A stretch of 40,970 bases of DNA, filler included, from an uncultured virus (IMG/VR IMGVR_UViG_2049941000_000602) (Duplodnaviria > Heunggongvirae > Uroviricota > Caudoviricetes). It is 3 parts of one record of this genome, joined end to end, with 100 filler letters (N's around TTAATTAATTAA, not from the genome) between each part and the next. Parts side by side here need not be neighbours in the genome. Positions count along the whole stretch, not along the records: positions 1 to 14,727 come from IMGVR_UViG_2049941000_000602; 2 more parts are not named here. The stretch is one strand, 5' to 3'. Positions 1 through 10,167 of the stretch are shown here, piece by piece. The position numbers and the translations under genes are program-made. Each line of letters begins with the position of its first letter. Within the stretch, counting starts at the first letter, position 1. A model generated the notes under the pieces. It saw only the letters and a program-made list of their open reading frames with translations. It was not told where the DNA came from and did not search any database.

Positions 1-2
1 AT

Positions 3-164
3 GTCCCGTTCGAGGAAGAGCAGACGGACGGCATGACCGTGCTCAAGCTCAAGTACAACGAGGACCTCCTTGCAATCTTCCCGCCCGACGAAGGCGAGGA
101 GGAGTTCCATGCTGTCACCGCATACGACGGCAAGGTGCAGCAGTACGCCAGGATGGACATCGAG
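3..164 (+). CDS. hypothetical protein, partial
   Basis: Open frame from the window edge to an N gap. Confidence 0.5.
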
Positions 165-225
165 NNNNNNNNNNAGCCGGGCAGGCCGTCCCGAACCTTA
201 AGAGATATATCTGCGTGGAGGTTAG

Positions 226-679
226 ATGAAGTCTATCGAAGACATCGGCATCCCCAGGTACAACGGCCTGATACTCCCAGGTTACGACACGAGGAACCCG
301 GTGACCCCGAAATGTCCCCGCTGGATGATTGTGTGGGACAGGGCCGGGTGGACAAAGCCTGTCCGCAGAATCGTCGTCATGTTNNNNNNNNNNCGGGTAC
401 GACACGAAGAACCCGGTGACCCCGAAATGTCCCCGCTGGATGATTGTATGGGACAGGGCCGGGTGGACAAAGCCTGTCCGCAGAATCGTCGTCATGTTCG
501 ACGGCAAGTTCCTCGATACCGACGGGAACTACTGGGACTTCGGCTCGGATATCCCGTACGAGTACGCAACCGAGACCCTGCAGGACTACTGGAAGATACC
601 GGAAGGCCTTGCCCCGGCGTTGGACAACTTGCCCCCTCTCGGGAACCTGTTCCGGGACCAGGATAAGACCGACTGGTAG
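226..679 (+). CDS. hypothetical protein (assembly duplicate across gap)
   Basis: MKSIEDIG...DKTDW rebuilt by collapsing the near-identical segments either side of the gap at 384-393. Confidence 0.65.
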
Positions 680-688
680 GATGGTGGT

Positions 689-1103
689 ATGAACAGGGAA
701 CGATTTCTCAAGAAATCCAACGTCGACATCGAGCTCGTCCCGGGAAGGGCAAAGTACCTGCATGCCGGGAAGGTCCCGGAAGGATACTGCGAGCCACTGA
801 CGNNNNNNNNNNGTTTCGGACATCCACTCCATCTCCGACTATCTCAACTTCACAAAGGATAGACTGGACGCACTTTCCTATCTCCGCGGAAAGCTGCTGG
901 ACATATCGATGGATATCAAGCTCGGCGAGGCACACGGAGACTGGGAACAGGTATTGCGCAAGCTGCAGATGCTCAAGTCCACCGCGGAATCCATTGGCGT
1001 ATTCTGGGAGAACCTGGACAAGCTCGAAAGCATGACTTACGAGCGCATCAAGGTCGTGCTGGCTTCGGTACACGAGGAGATGCTGTGGCTTATGCAGTAC
1101 CTC
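689..1103 (+). CDS. hypothetical protein fragments
   Basis: Open frames 689-802 and 813-1103 bounded by gaps; may or may not be one gene. Confidence 0.5.
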
Positions 1104-1113
1104 NNNNNNNNNN

Positions 1114-1478
1114 CGGTAAGGGATGTCCGGGAATTGTCTTGCATAGGTGCTGATTTCCATTTTGGTCAAGACCAAAACTATTGCTTTGCAATCGTCATTG
1201 ACCTCTACCAGGTACATGTCGCCGCCGAATGCGAGCGTATCCGGGTTGATATCGGGTATCCTGTTGACCTTTTTCAGGTAGCGTACCAGGGCCGCCTCGT
1301 CATCTTCCGGGAGGGTATTGGGACTTGCCAGTACGTCCATCCGGATTACGACTTCGCGGATGTCTACCTCGGAGATGCATACCGGCCTTGAGAACTGCCT
1401 GTTGCAGTCCTTCAGCCAGTAGAAATCGCACCCGGGAAAGTAGGCGCGGACGCAGGTCTTGAAGTGCTCGAAGTTCAT
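1114..1478 (-). CDS. hypothetical protein, 3' partial
   Basis: ATG 1478 overlaps the stop of the upstream gene (ATGA). Confidence 0.65.
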
Positions 1479-1717
1479 AGGTCTAATGCACACTTCTCGA
1501 CAACGGTGTCGTTGATACAGTCACGGAGTGATTCCCCGGAGTAGGCCATGTTGCAGGCAGCCTTGATGCCGTAGGAGACGTTCTCGCCAAGCAGGCTGCC
1601 CTTGTGTTCGAGAAGCCAGCGTTTAACTTGCTTGCGCAGCTGTACCATGGACTGTGCAAATTCTTCTTCGGTGGCATCTTCGGGAATGATAAGCGGTTTG
1701 GTGTCTAATGTACTCAT
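1475..1717 (-). CDS. hypothetical protein (leaderless)
   Basis: 80 aa; ATG 4 nt after TATATTTG. Confidence 0.75.
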   Translation of the reverse strand: MSTLDTKPLIIPEDATEEEFAQSMVQLRKQVKRWLLEHKGSLLGENVSYGIKAACNMAYSGESLRDCINDTVVEKCALDL

Positions 1718-1720
1718 GTC

Positions 1721-1750
1721 CCAAATATAGTAAAAATTGCTATATTTGGA
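1721..1750. promoter_or_regulatory. divergent pair of class I CTATATTTG promoters
   Basis: ccaaatatag-taaaaattg-ctatatttgg; each copy lies 4 nt from an ATG (1717-, 1753+). Confidence 0.8.
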
Positions 1751-1752
1751 GC

Positions 1753-2040
1753 ATGCAGAAGCACAATATCAACGAACTGTACGAGATGCTTAATGACATC
1801 ATGGACGAGAACCATCCCGGTAAAGCCACGCTGCACACTCAGCCCGACTATGACCACGAGTGCATCAACCTAGGCATAATCAATGAGGTTATAGCCTACA
1901 CATTCGTGCTGGCGGACGGGAACGGGTTCGTCGCTTCGCCCGGTGAGTTCGTCAAGTGGGATGACGCCACCATGGAAGACATGGCGCGTGCCGTGGAGTT
2001 CGCCGATAACTGGTTCAACGACAAATCAGGGGAGGCATGA
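1753..2040 (+). CDS. hypothetical protein (leaderless)
   Basis: 95 aa from ATG 1753; coupled to the next gene. Confidence 0.75.
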   Translation: MQKHNINELYEMLNDIMDENHPGKATLHTQPDYDHECINLGIINEVIAYTFVLADGNGFVASPGEFVKWDDATMEDMARAVEFADNWFNDKSGEA

Positions 2041-2387
2041 TGTACAACCCTCAAATCGCAACATCCCAGGAATTCCCCCAGGACAACCTGGTGAAGCACT
2101 TCGACGCCGAAGGGCGCATCGTCAGGATTGACTTCAGGTTTTCCGGGAACTACGTCCTAATCGAGTATCTCCCGGAAGGAACCGACGGGCATTCCCAGCC
2201 GCGCAAGATGTGGTGGTCCGACGGGCACGTCTACCTCAGCTGGAAGGAAGGCGACCAGTTCAGGTACGAGCATATCGTCCGCGCTTTCACCTGCGAGATG
2301 CCCCGCAGTGTCTGCTGTGGCGAATGCGATACCTGCAGCTACCGCGACCACAGGGTATATTTCCCGTCATACAACATATTCCAATAG
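2037..2387 (+). CDS. hypothetical protein with Cys-rich C-terminus
   Basis: GGAGG RBS, ATGA overlap, CCGECDTC motif. Confidence 0.75.
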   Translation: MMYNPQIATSQEFPQDNLVKHFDAEGRIVRIDFRFSGNYVLIEYLPEGTDGHSQPRKMWWSDGHVYLSWKEGDQFRYEHIVRAFTCEMPRSVCCGECDTCSYRDHRVYFPSYNIFQ

Positions 2388-2404
2388 AGGGCACAGGATA
2401 TAGT

Positions 2405-2710
2405 ATGGTTTTAAGATTCGACAGGCGACACCGTGTCAAGACGGACAAATTGCTGAACATATCCCGGCCACAATGGAAGGGACGGTTTTTCTGGCACAAC
2501 TATGTCGTTATAAGTCCGTTGCCCACCGAGGTGCGCAATGACGGCATGGTATGCGATTTCTACAACATTGTTACCGACAAGGCCGTGTTCTTCACAGCGG
2601 CAGACGCTCTCCGGTTCCTCCGGATAGCGCTAATGCAGGAATTCGACGGACAACGAATCGGCGTCGTATCGGACAACGTGGATAATTTCCCATCGTTGAA
2701 GCTGGAATGA
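2405..2710 (+). CDS. hypothetical protein
   Basis: 101 aa from ATG 2405, fills the operon. Confidence 0.65.
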   Translation: MVLRFDRRHRVKTDKLLNISRPQWKGRFFWHNYVVISPLPTEVRNDGMVCDFYNIVTDKAVFFTAADALRFLRIALMQEFDGQRIGVVSDNVDNFPSLKLE

Positions 2711-2791
2711 TTCGTACCGCATGCTACATTGCGATAATCCTGCAGCTACCGTGACCACAGGGTATATTTCCCATCATACAACATATTTCAA
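2705..2791 (+). repeat. chimeric relic: copy of the 3215 gene start fused to a copy of the 2037 gene end
   Basis: 2705-2744 matches 3213-3252 (37/40); 2739-2791 matches 2332-2384 (50/53); the two share CCTGCA; no N gap. Confidence 0.9.
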
Positions 2792-2801
2792 AAGGTAAAA
2801 C

Positions 2802-3218
2802 ATGGAAACTCTACACTTAAACATCAAGAAGGACAAGGACGGAAAGCTCGCGCCAATCTTCCCGACCTACGACTGCACCACCGATTTCGACGACGAGTCG
2901 TCCTACCCGGTAATGGAACGTGACGAGAACGGCGAGTATTACTGGAGGAATGAGGCTGACCGTCTCGTAGTGCGACAGCAAATCGCACTATTCCGCGCCC
3001 GAGCAAAGGCTGCCCGGTATAAGCTGCAGATGTTTTCCATAATCGACCAGCACCAGCATTATACCCCGGTGAACATGGAAGGCATCGCATATCCGATGAG
3101 AAAGATGAACGTTATGCACTATGCCTACGTGTGGGTGGGCATCTGGTTCACCGTGCACAAGCGGTGCAGCGAGTATGCAACGAAGCTTGAACAGTACATG
3201 GACTCAATCAAAGAATGA
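2802..3218 (+). CDS. hypothetical protein
   Basis: 138 aa, AAGG RBS, ATGA overlap. Confidence 0.75.
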   Translation: METLHLNIKKDKDGKLAPIFPTYDCTTDFDDESSYPVMERDENGEYYWRNEADRLVVRQQIALFRARAKAARYKLQMFSIIDQHQHYTPVNMEGIAYPMRKMNVMHYAYVWVGIWFTVHKRCSEYATKLEQYMDSIKE

Positions 3219-3667
3219 TTCGCAACGCATGCTACATAGCGATAATCCTGCACTTCCTCCGGAAGATTTTCCGTAGGGTCTTGCCGCCTACACTGCGGGA
3301 CGGAGTCCACCGGTATCGCGTGATGATGGGTCCTTACAAGGACGACAACATCGGCTCGCTGGCCGCAGTCGTCGCATCCACCAGCGACATCGTGCTCGCA
3401 CAGAGAATAGCGAACGAAATCAACGGCGGCAAGGGAGTCAGCCTGTACATCGTCTCCTTCCCCGACATGAGAGTGCTGGACCTCATTACCTCATTCCCGG
3501 AGGACAAGGAAGAGGACATCAGATATTTCGAATCGGAACTCCCGGATATGTCCTTCTGGCCAATCTTCGGTGACACCGGGGGGTCGCACATCCAGCCACG
3601 CATCAGGGACAGGATACGGGCCATCGCCGCAAAGTATGGCCAGAGCTACGAAACAACCGATACATAG
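3215..3667 (+). CDS. AxY-FLR N-terminal module family protein
   Basis: MIRNACYIAIILHFLRKIFRR. Confidence 0.8.
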   Translation: MIRNACYIAIILHFLRKIFRRVLPPTLRDGVHRYRVMMGPYKDDNIGSLAAVVASTSDIVLAQRIANEINGGKGVSLYIVSFPDMRVLDLITSFPEDKEEDIRYFESELPDMSFWPIFGDTGGSHIQPRIRDRIRAIAAKYGQSYETTDT

Positions 3668-3678
3668 AGAGGAACGAC

Positions 3679-4108
3679 ATGATTACGATAAGCAAGTATT
3701 TCCCGGGATTCGCCATGCCCGACAGTGATGCGGAGTATTGCCGCACCAAATGCGCTACCCCGGAAGAAGCAATCAGGAGCGAGTGCTGGCAGGAACGCGT
3801 CGGCGACAGCAAGCTCCAGTATGCGGATTACGAGAAGGTGGGAAAAGAAATGGTGTTCTTTGACGGCAAGTGGGGTTCCATCGTCGCCANNNNNNNNNNG
3901 CGCTACCCCGGAAGAAGCAATCAGGAGCGAGTGCTGGCAAGAACGCGCCGGCGACAGCAAGCTCCAGTATGCGGATTACGAGAAGGTCGGGAAGGAAATG
4001 GTGTTCTTTGACGGCAAGTATGGTTCCATCGTCGCCAAGGCAGACACCGTGGAAGAAATGCAGGCGTTAATCGACCTGGCGGGAATCAAACCAGGACATT
4101 GGTGGTGA
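3679..4108 (+). CDS. hypothetical protein (assembly duplicate across gap)
   Basis: GAGGA RBS; sequence before the gap at 3890-3899 is repeated after it. Confidence 0.7.
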
Positions 4109-4112
4109 AATT

Positions 4113-4769
4113 ATGAGCAAGAACGATAAAAACAATGGCATTGTCAACTGTACAGGTACAGGAAAATTCTACCCTGGGTCGGGGTTGCCCGAGGTTGTTA
4201 CCGAGGATTACCGGCTCGAACCCGGCGCCAGGGACCGCGAGGAGATAAAGGGTCTCAAGGAATTCGAGGTCGAACCAATCAAGGCCGGCGAACGGTTCTA
4301 CATCCCGCTTCCATGGCAGCTTGGCGGCGACATGGACGAGCAGAAGTATCAGCTTGGCGTGGCACTGAAGGACATCCCGGCGACCAAGACGTTACTTAAA
4401 CCTTACATTACCGGACTTTTCGGCAATTCCACCGTCCTAAATGCATGTAAAAGATATAGCCTGGCCACCAATCTTGCAGGGAAGCCGGGCGAGGCAAAGA
4501 CCGAACCCGAACAGCACATCACCAGAACACAGACGCTCAATTGGCACGATGCCAGGAAGGATATCCCGGAGATGAACCGGGTCTGCCTAATCAAGGTACC
4601 TGACCGTCCCTGGTGTTTCACCGGCAAGGGCGACATCAAGCAGGATGTAGTATATCTCGACTTTCGCCAGACATTCAACAAAGGGGAGCTGCCGTACGTT
4701 TTCCGCCAGTTCGGTCCCGGAACCTTCGACTACAACGAAGTGACCGAGTGGGCCTACCTGGACGAATAG
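4113..4769 (+). CDS. hypothetical phage protein, DUF551-like C-terminus
   Basis: WHDARKDIPE...VTEWAYLD pattern. Confidence 0.6.
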   Translation: MSKNDKNNGIVNCTGTGKFYPGSGLPEVVTEDYRLEPGARDREEIKGLKEFEVEPIKAGERFYIPLPWQLGGDMDEQKYQLGVALKDIPATKTLLKPYITGLFGNSTVLNACKRYSLATNLAGKPGEAKTEPEQHITRTQTLNWHDARKDIPEMNRVCLIKVPDRPWCFTGKGDIKQDVVYLDFRQTFNKGELPYVFRQFGPGTFDYNEVTEWAYLDE

Positions 4770-4820
4770 TACTGGCAAAATCGTGCGAAAAATTCGACTG
4801 ACACGCCGTGCCGGTCGTTT

Positions 4821-4833
4821 TTTGCTATATTTG
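4821..4833 (+). promoter_or_regulatory. class I promoter
   Basis: tttgctatatttg, 38 nt before ATG 4872. Confidence 0.75.
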
Positions 4834-4871
4834 TTACATAACGATATAGCACAATCAAAATAGGCATAACA

Positions 4872-6559
4872 ATGGACTACAAGAAAATCTACGACCTCTT
4901 CATCGAAGACAGACGCCAGCATCCCACCGGGGAAATCCGCGCGGAAATCCACCACATCATCCCGATTTCGGCAGGAGGTGACGTAAAAGAAGCCAACTGC
5001 ATCCGTCTTTCAATCAGGGACCACGTATTCGCCCACAAGGTTCTCCGTAGGCTCGGTCTCGACCCTACCGGACCCCACAAGAGGATGTCCAAGGCAATCG
5101 CCGCCGAAGTCTACGCCAGGATGGCAGACCAGCCCGTCGCGGCATACGGCAGGGGAAAGACCTCCGTCTCCGTCAAGGTCCTCGCCAAGATGGTAAAGAA
5201 GAAAGAGAAGGAACTCATCGAGCTCGGCAACGAGATGACCGACAAGTTCCTGCAGATTATCGACCCCGGCGTCGAGAAGTATGCCTACCGCATCGGACGC
5301 GCAAAGAAGTTCAATACCAAGGTGCTTACCTTCTTCGCCAACATGGTCCCGTGCATCTCAATCGAGCGTCTCGACCGCCTTCCCCAGAATGATTCCCGGG
5401 AACTCCCGGACGAACCCGAGAAGTTCTCGGGACGTTCCGAGTTCTATTCCAGCTGGGCCGCCGATAACAAGATTTTCCTCAGTTACGAAGGGCAGGTGAA
5501 GCAGTCGTTCTTCCCGACGAAAATCAACGAGAAGTTCCTGAAATGCAACGCCTGGCAGGGACTCCTGTTCCGCTGGGTATACCCGGCGCTCAAGAACCTG
5601 TATGACGACATCATGAACCACGGAGGCAGGATGAAGCCCGAAGGGGCCGTAATCTGCCGCAGCGAGGAGGAATTCAAGCAGTTCCGCGTCGAGGCGGCCA
5701 TCTACGGCTACTACATGACGACCAAGCTGAAGCCCGGTACCTACAAGGTCGAGGACATCGTCGGCTGGGCCTGCCAGGGAATCCAGATGCTCCTCCTGCA
5801 GCATACCGCGCTGTACCACCTCAGGGACCTGGCGGACGTGGACTTCGTCGATGTCTACGACACTGCACTCCTGAGACGTCTCCAGGAGTTACCCGGTAAA
5901 GCCCTTGATAGCCAGGATGACTATGATACTTACTTCGAGTGTCTTGCTGCTCAAGTACTGAAACGTGCACTCTGGAACATCGCCTTCACGCAGAAGCGCA
6001 GGGAAGAGCTCATGCCTATTGCTATGCAGGGGGCATACGCAGTAAGGGACCAGCTTCCTACCGCGATTAAGCGTGTACGCGACAACGGTTTCACCGAAAA
6101 GGAAGCGGCGCTCTGGCAAANNNNNNNNNNTGTCGAGAATTATGCCTACCGCATCGGACGCGCAAAGAAGTTCAACACCAAGGTGCTTACCTTTTTCGCC
6201 AACATGGTCCCGTGCATTGCCATCGACCGTCTCGACCGTGTTACCCAGAATNNNNNNNNNNATCAGGGACCTGGCGGACGTGGACTTCGTAGATGTCTAC
6301 GACACGAATCTCCTGCAACAGCTCCAGAAACTCCCCGGTATCATCAGCAATCCCGACCTGTACAACAACCACTACGGCGATGCCGCGGAGAAGGTTCTGA
6401 AGCATGCGCTCGGGAACATCGCCTTCACGCAGAAGCGCAAGGATGAACTCATGCCTATCGCGCTGCAGGGGGCATACGCCGTAAGGGACCAGCTTCATAC
6501 CGCGATTATGCGTGTACGCGACAACGGTTTCACCGAAAAGGAAGCGGCGCTCTGGCAAA
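4872..6559 (+). CDS. HNH endonuclease domain fused to a long unknown region, 3' partial; 6131-6559 are variant copies
   Basis: EIHHIIPISAGG...NCIRLSIRDHVFAHKVL fits the phage HNH pattern. Confidence 0.75.
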
Positions 6560-6808
6560 NNNNNNNNNNNNNNNNNNNNNNNNNNNNNNNNNNNNNNNNN
6601 NNNNNNNNNNNNNNNNNNNNNNNNNNNNNNNNNNNNNNNNNNNNNNNNNNNNNNNNNNNNNNNNNNNNNNNNNNNNNNNNNNNNNNNNNNNNNNNNNNNN
6701 NNNNNNNNNNNNNNNNNNNNNNNNNNNNNNNNNNNNNNNNNNNNNNNNNNNNNNNNNNNNNNNNNNNNNNNNNNNNNNNNNNNNNNNNNNNNNNNNNNNN
6801 NNNNNNNN

Positions 6809-6943
6809 GACAATCCAGTCGACAAGCGGGGCGATTGGCTGCTTTGGGCGGAACCCGAAAAGGGACCCGAAAGCACCGGCGACTGCCTCCACCATCGGGT
6901 TTGTCGGTTCAAGGTCGCTAAGAATTTCGTCTACGTCGCACAT
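6809..6943 (-). CDS. hypothetical protein, 3' partial (EA-motif N-terminus)
   Basis: GGAGG RBS, upstream ATAAACT; MVEAVAGAFGSLF. Confidence 0.6.
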
Positions 6944-6963
6944 ATTTTGCCTCCGCAACGCAC

Positions 6964-6990
6964 AGTTTATATATTTATTTGCTATATTTG
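6964..6990. promoter_or_regulatory. back-to-back class II ATAAACT (-) and class I GCTATATTTG (+) promoters
   Basis: agtttat 6964-6970; gctatatttg 6981-6990. Confidence 0.65.
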
Positions 6991-6993
6991 AAC

Positions 6994-7090
6994 TAGGCTG
7001 AATCCCGCTCATTCCGTAGCGAAAAATGTCCGAGTAACATCTTGGATGGACAAAGCCTACAGGATTCCCAAGGAACCCCGCAAGGAATCC
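6994..7090 (+). ncRNA. candidate structured 5' leader RNA
   Basis: Stems taggct/agccta, cgct/agcg, tgtcc/ggaca and ggattcc/ggaatcc right after the promoter. Confidence 0.4.
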
Positions 7091-7119
7091 ACAGACACAC
7101 CTACACAAGGAGAAATCCG

Positions 7120-7491
7120 ATGAACATTAACGTTCAGCTACCCGATATCGACACCGAAACCAAGCAGCGTGTCGTCAACTACTTCAGCAAGGCCAAGGAC
7201 CTCGGCCAGGTGCTCGTCACCCTCCACCGTGACGACCTCCCGGACACCGTGGAGAAGCTCGAAGTCGTCAGCTTCGCACCGGCATCCGGCAAGAAGGAAG
7301 ACCGCATCATCGACAACGAAATCATCGTCGTCTCCCTGCTTACCCACAAGACTGGCGCGGTCGACATGGGCGTGGTCATCCATACCCGAGTGAACCAGAA
7401 TTCCATGGGCATCCCGTGCGGCACCAAGTCCGAGAACCTGATGTTCAACGGCAAGCATGCCGAATGGCTCCTCGCATTGAAGACCATGTAA
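7120..7491 (+). CDS. hypothetical protein
   Basis: AAGGAG RBS, 123 aa, strong C-ending codon bias. Confidence 0.8.
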   Translation: MNINVQLPDIDTETKQRVVNYFSKAKDLGQVLVTLHRDDLPDTVEKLEVVSFAPASGKKEDRIIDNEIIVVSLLTHKTGAVDMGVVIHTRVNQNSMGIPCGTKSENLMFNGKHAEWLLALKTM

Positions 7492-7492
7492 G

Positions 7493-7735
7493 ATGAAATC
7501 AGTCAGGTACGCAGTATACATCGGCATATTCCTGCACTTCCTGAGGCGCTGCCTCAGGAAGTCCTTGACGCAGGTAACGCATCCGACAATCAACCTGTCC
7601 GGCGAAATCGGCGGTCGTGAATCATTGCCGGAATCTCTACGCCCGGCGTATGACGAGATGGTCACCGAGATGGACCGGGAAACACTCAAGGCGATGGTTG
7701 AAGTCGCACGAGCAGAAAAGCCAAGCTACGGCTTC
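7493..7735 (+). CDS. AxY-FLR module family protein, partial
   Basis: MKSVRYAVYIGIFLHFLRRCLRK. Confidence 0.75.
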
Positions 7736-7865
7736 NNNNNNNNNNACTTCACCGTGACGACCTCCCGGACACCGTGGAGAAACTCGAAGTCGTCAGCTTC
7801 GCTCCGGCATCCGGCAAGAAGGAAGACCGCATCATCGACAACGAAATCATCGTNNNNNNNNNNCG

Positions 7866-8174
7866 GACCGTGTCCGTGCGGCATCCAGGAAAATCCGGGC
7901 ATCCTACTCGGAAGAGCAAATGTGCAGCATGGTAGGATATGACGTGGAAGCCCTCCTGAAGGAAGCCATGCAGCAGGAAATGCAGGCTGAAACATGCAAA
8001 AGACCAAGTCTTGGAAAAATAATTGAGGATTGTGCCATGCCGGTTGTATTCACACAGGACGACATAGACAGCGGACGCGTCAGGCCAATCCTTATCAGGC
8101 GAGAAATCAATGCCTTCTCACGAAGGGAGCCCGGATATACCATAGCGCCGCCCAGTATCGAATTCCCCACTTGA
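7866..8174 (+). CDS. hypothetical protein, 5' partial
   Basis: Open frame from the gap to TGA 8174. Confidence 0.55.
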   Translation, partial: DRVRAASRKIRASYSEEQMCSMVGYDVEALLKEAMQQEMQAETCKRPSLGKIIEDCAMPVVFTQDDIDSGRVRPILIRREINAFSRREPGYTIAPPSIEFPT

Positions 8175-8210
8175 ACATTGGCGACTTCATACGGTCGCCA
8201 TTCAATCAAT

Positions 8211-8642
8211 TTAAATGGAATATTTCTCCCTGGCGCGAATTCGCCATATTTCCTCGTGCATGGCGAGCCTTATCCGTTTCATGATGATTGCCCCGGGATA
8301 CCTATGGAACGGGTTGTAGGATTCCCTGGAGCGCATCGTGTCAAGGTCCTTGAGGATATGCGCGAAGTCATCTCCTTCAAGGGTGGCGATTTCCATCCTT
8401 ACCCGGTTGGACACCTGGGTAGCCACTTCGACCACGGCCGATTCACGGTACCTAGGGTCCTTGATACGCCCGAGGAACGGCCCGTCCTTGACGAAGCCCA
8501 TCACACGCTCGACTCCCTTGTTGATAGCGTCGTTGAGCAGGGTGAAATGGCGGCAATACAGCCAGGCCATCTCGTCGTTGCTCACGGTCTTGTTTGCTAT
8601 GGCTTTGGCGACCGGCGCTATTTCACCTGCGTCTGGCCCGTA
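8211..8642 (-). CDS. hypothetical protein, 5' partial
   Basis: Open frame from the gap; protein-like composition; convergent with the gene ending 8174. Confidence 0.6.
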   Translation of the reverse strand, partial: YGPDAGEIAPVAKAIANKTVSNDEMAWLYCRHFTLLNDAINKGVERVMGFVKDGPFLGRIKDPRYRESAVVEVATQVSNRVRMEIATLEGDDFAHILKDLDTMRSRESYNPFHRYPGAIIMKRIRLAMHEEIWRIRAREKYSI

Positions 8643-8652
8643 NNNNNNNNNN

Positions 8653-8791
8653 CATCGTCAACGTCGGCTACATGGAGGTGACCTCCGTGGACACTTCGCA
8701 TGACAAGGACGGGAACGTAATCGCGAAAGTCGGTGTCAACACCATGCTGTCCAGGCCGGTCGAATACGTCGAAATGAAGGTATCGGTTTGA
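8653..8791 (+). CDS. hypothetical protein, 5' partial
   Basis: Stop overlaps the next TTG start. Confidence 0.55.
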
Positions 8792-8876
8792 AGGAACTGA
8801 AATACGCCATATATACAGCAATCTTCCTGCACCAGTGCAGGAAGATTTTACATAAGGTATACAATCCTCGCCCGGC
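8788..8876 (+). CDS. AxY-FLR module family protein, partial
   Basis: MKELKYAIYTAIFLHQCRKILHK (TTG start). Confidence 0.7.
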
Positions 8877-9606
8877 NNNNNNNNNNNNNNNNNNNNNNNN
8901 NNNNNNNNNNNNNNNNNNNNNNNNNNNNNNNNNNNNNNNNNNNNNNNNNNNNNNNNNNNNNNNNNNNNNNNNNNNNNNNNNNNNNNNNNNNNNNNNNNNN
9001 NNNNNNNNNNNNNNNNNNNNNNNNNNNNNNNNNNNNNNNNNNNNNNNNNNNNNNNNNNNNNNNNNNNNNNNNNNNNNNNNNNNNNNNNNNNNNNNNNNNN
9101 NNNNNNNNNNNNNNNNNNNNNNNNNNNNNNNNNNNNNNNNNNNNNNNNNNNNNNNNNNNNNNNNNNNNNNNNNNNNNNNNNNNNNNNNNNNNNNNNNNNN
9201 NNNNNNNNNNNNNNNNNNNNNNNNNNNNNNNNNNNNNNNNNNNNNNNNNNNNNNNNNNNNNNNNNNNNNNNNNNNNNNNNNNNNNNNNNNNNNNNNNNNN
9301 NNNNNNNNNNNNNNNNNNNNNNNNNNNNNNNNNNNNNNNNNNNNNNNNNNNNNNNNNNNNNNNNNNNNNNNNNNNNNNNNNNNNNNNNNNNNNNNNNNNN
9401 NNNNNNNNNNNNNNNNNNNNNNNNNNNNNNNNNNNNNNNNNNNNNNNNNNNNNNNNNNNNNNNNNNNNNNNNNNNNNNNNNNNNNNNNNNNNNNNNNNNN
9501 NNNNNNNNNNNNNNNNNNNNNNNNNNNNNNNNNNNNNNNNNNNNNNNNNNNNNNNNNNNNNNNNNNNNNNNNNNNNNNNNNNNNNNNNNNNNNNNNNNNN
9601 NNNNNN

Positions 9607-10059
9607 GTTGAGGGAATGCATGATTTCCCGGCAGTCCTTCCTAGCCTTGTCAACGGCCGTATCGATGGCCGAATCAATCTTCTCGACAGCCGGCTTCAGG
9701 GTGTCAGGTACATGTTTGCGCATGTTCCCCATGAGCCAGTATTTCGTCAGGACGCGCCAGCAACCGAAGAGCGTAGCCGGGATTGGTTCCTCCTTCCGCA
9801 GCGTAGCCGAATACGCCGGCATGTCATCGGGAATCGACGAGGTCGGCGGAATGTCGAACCCGGACGGCTGTTCCGGCGCCTCGACGCATTCGAATTTCTT
9901 GATGGCATCAAGGAACCGTTTTTCTTCCTCGGTCACGTAGACGACGTGGCCGTCTTCCAGGGTATACTCGTTCCTTTCACCGCCGATGATAATGCTGTTC
10001 GCCGAATGCATTTCGGCGAAAGCCCAGTACAGGTCTTCTATGGTAGTTATGGTTCTCAT
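9607..10059 (-). CDS. hypothetical protein, 3' partial
   Basis: GAGG RBS, ATG 10059. Confidence 0.7.
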
Positions 10060-10069
10060 TTGGTTACCT

Positions 10070-10156
10070 CTAGGTCCACAGTCGGATGAACGCAACGACG
10101 GCTATGACACATGCCGCCAGCATAATCCTGGCGAAAATACGGTCGAAGTCGTTCAT
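10070..10156 (-). CDS. 28-aa hydrophobic peptide
   Basis: MNDFDRIFARIMLAACVIAVVAFIRLWT; GAGGA RBS; fills the intergenic space. Confidence 0.6.
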   Translation of the reverse strand: MNDFDRIFARIMLAACVIAVVAFIRLWT

Positions 10157-10167
10157 GCGCGGTTTCC

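Noticed and set aside
5820..6559. DGR template/variable repeat pair
   Set aside because: Differences are not adenine-specific, include an indel, and no reverse transcriptase is visible
6994..7059. Hammerhead ribozyme or tRNA
   Set aside because: Three-stem topology but no CUGANGA core or UH cleavage site; no T-loop or cloverleaf
8788..10095. Long ORFs of 300-430 aa in the ORF track
   Set aside because: They consist mostly of N runs; the many antisense and alternate-frame ORFs elsewhere are shadows of real genes
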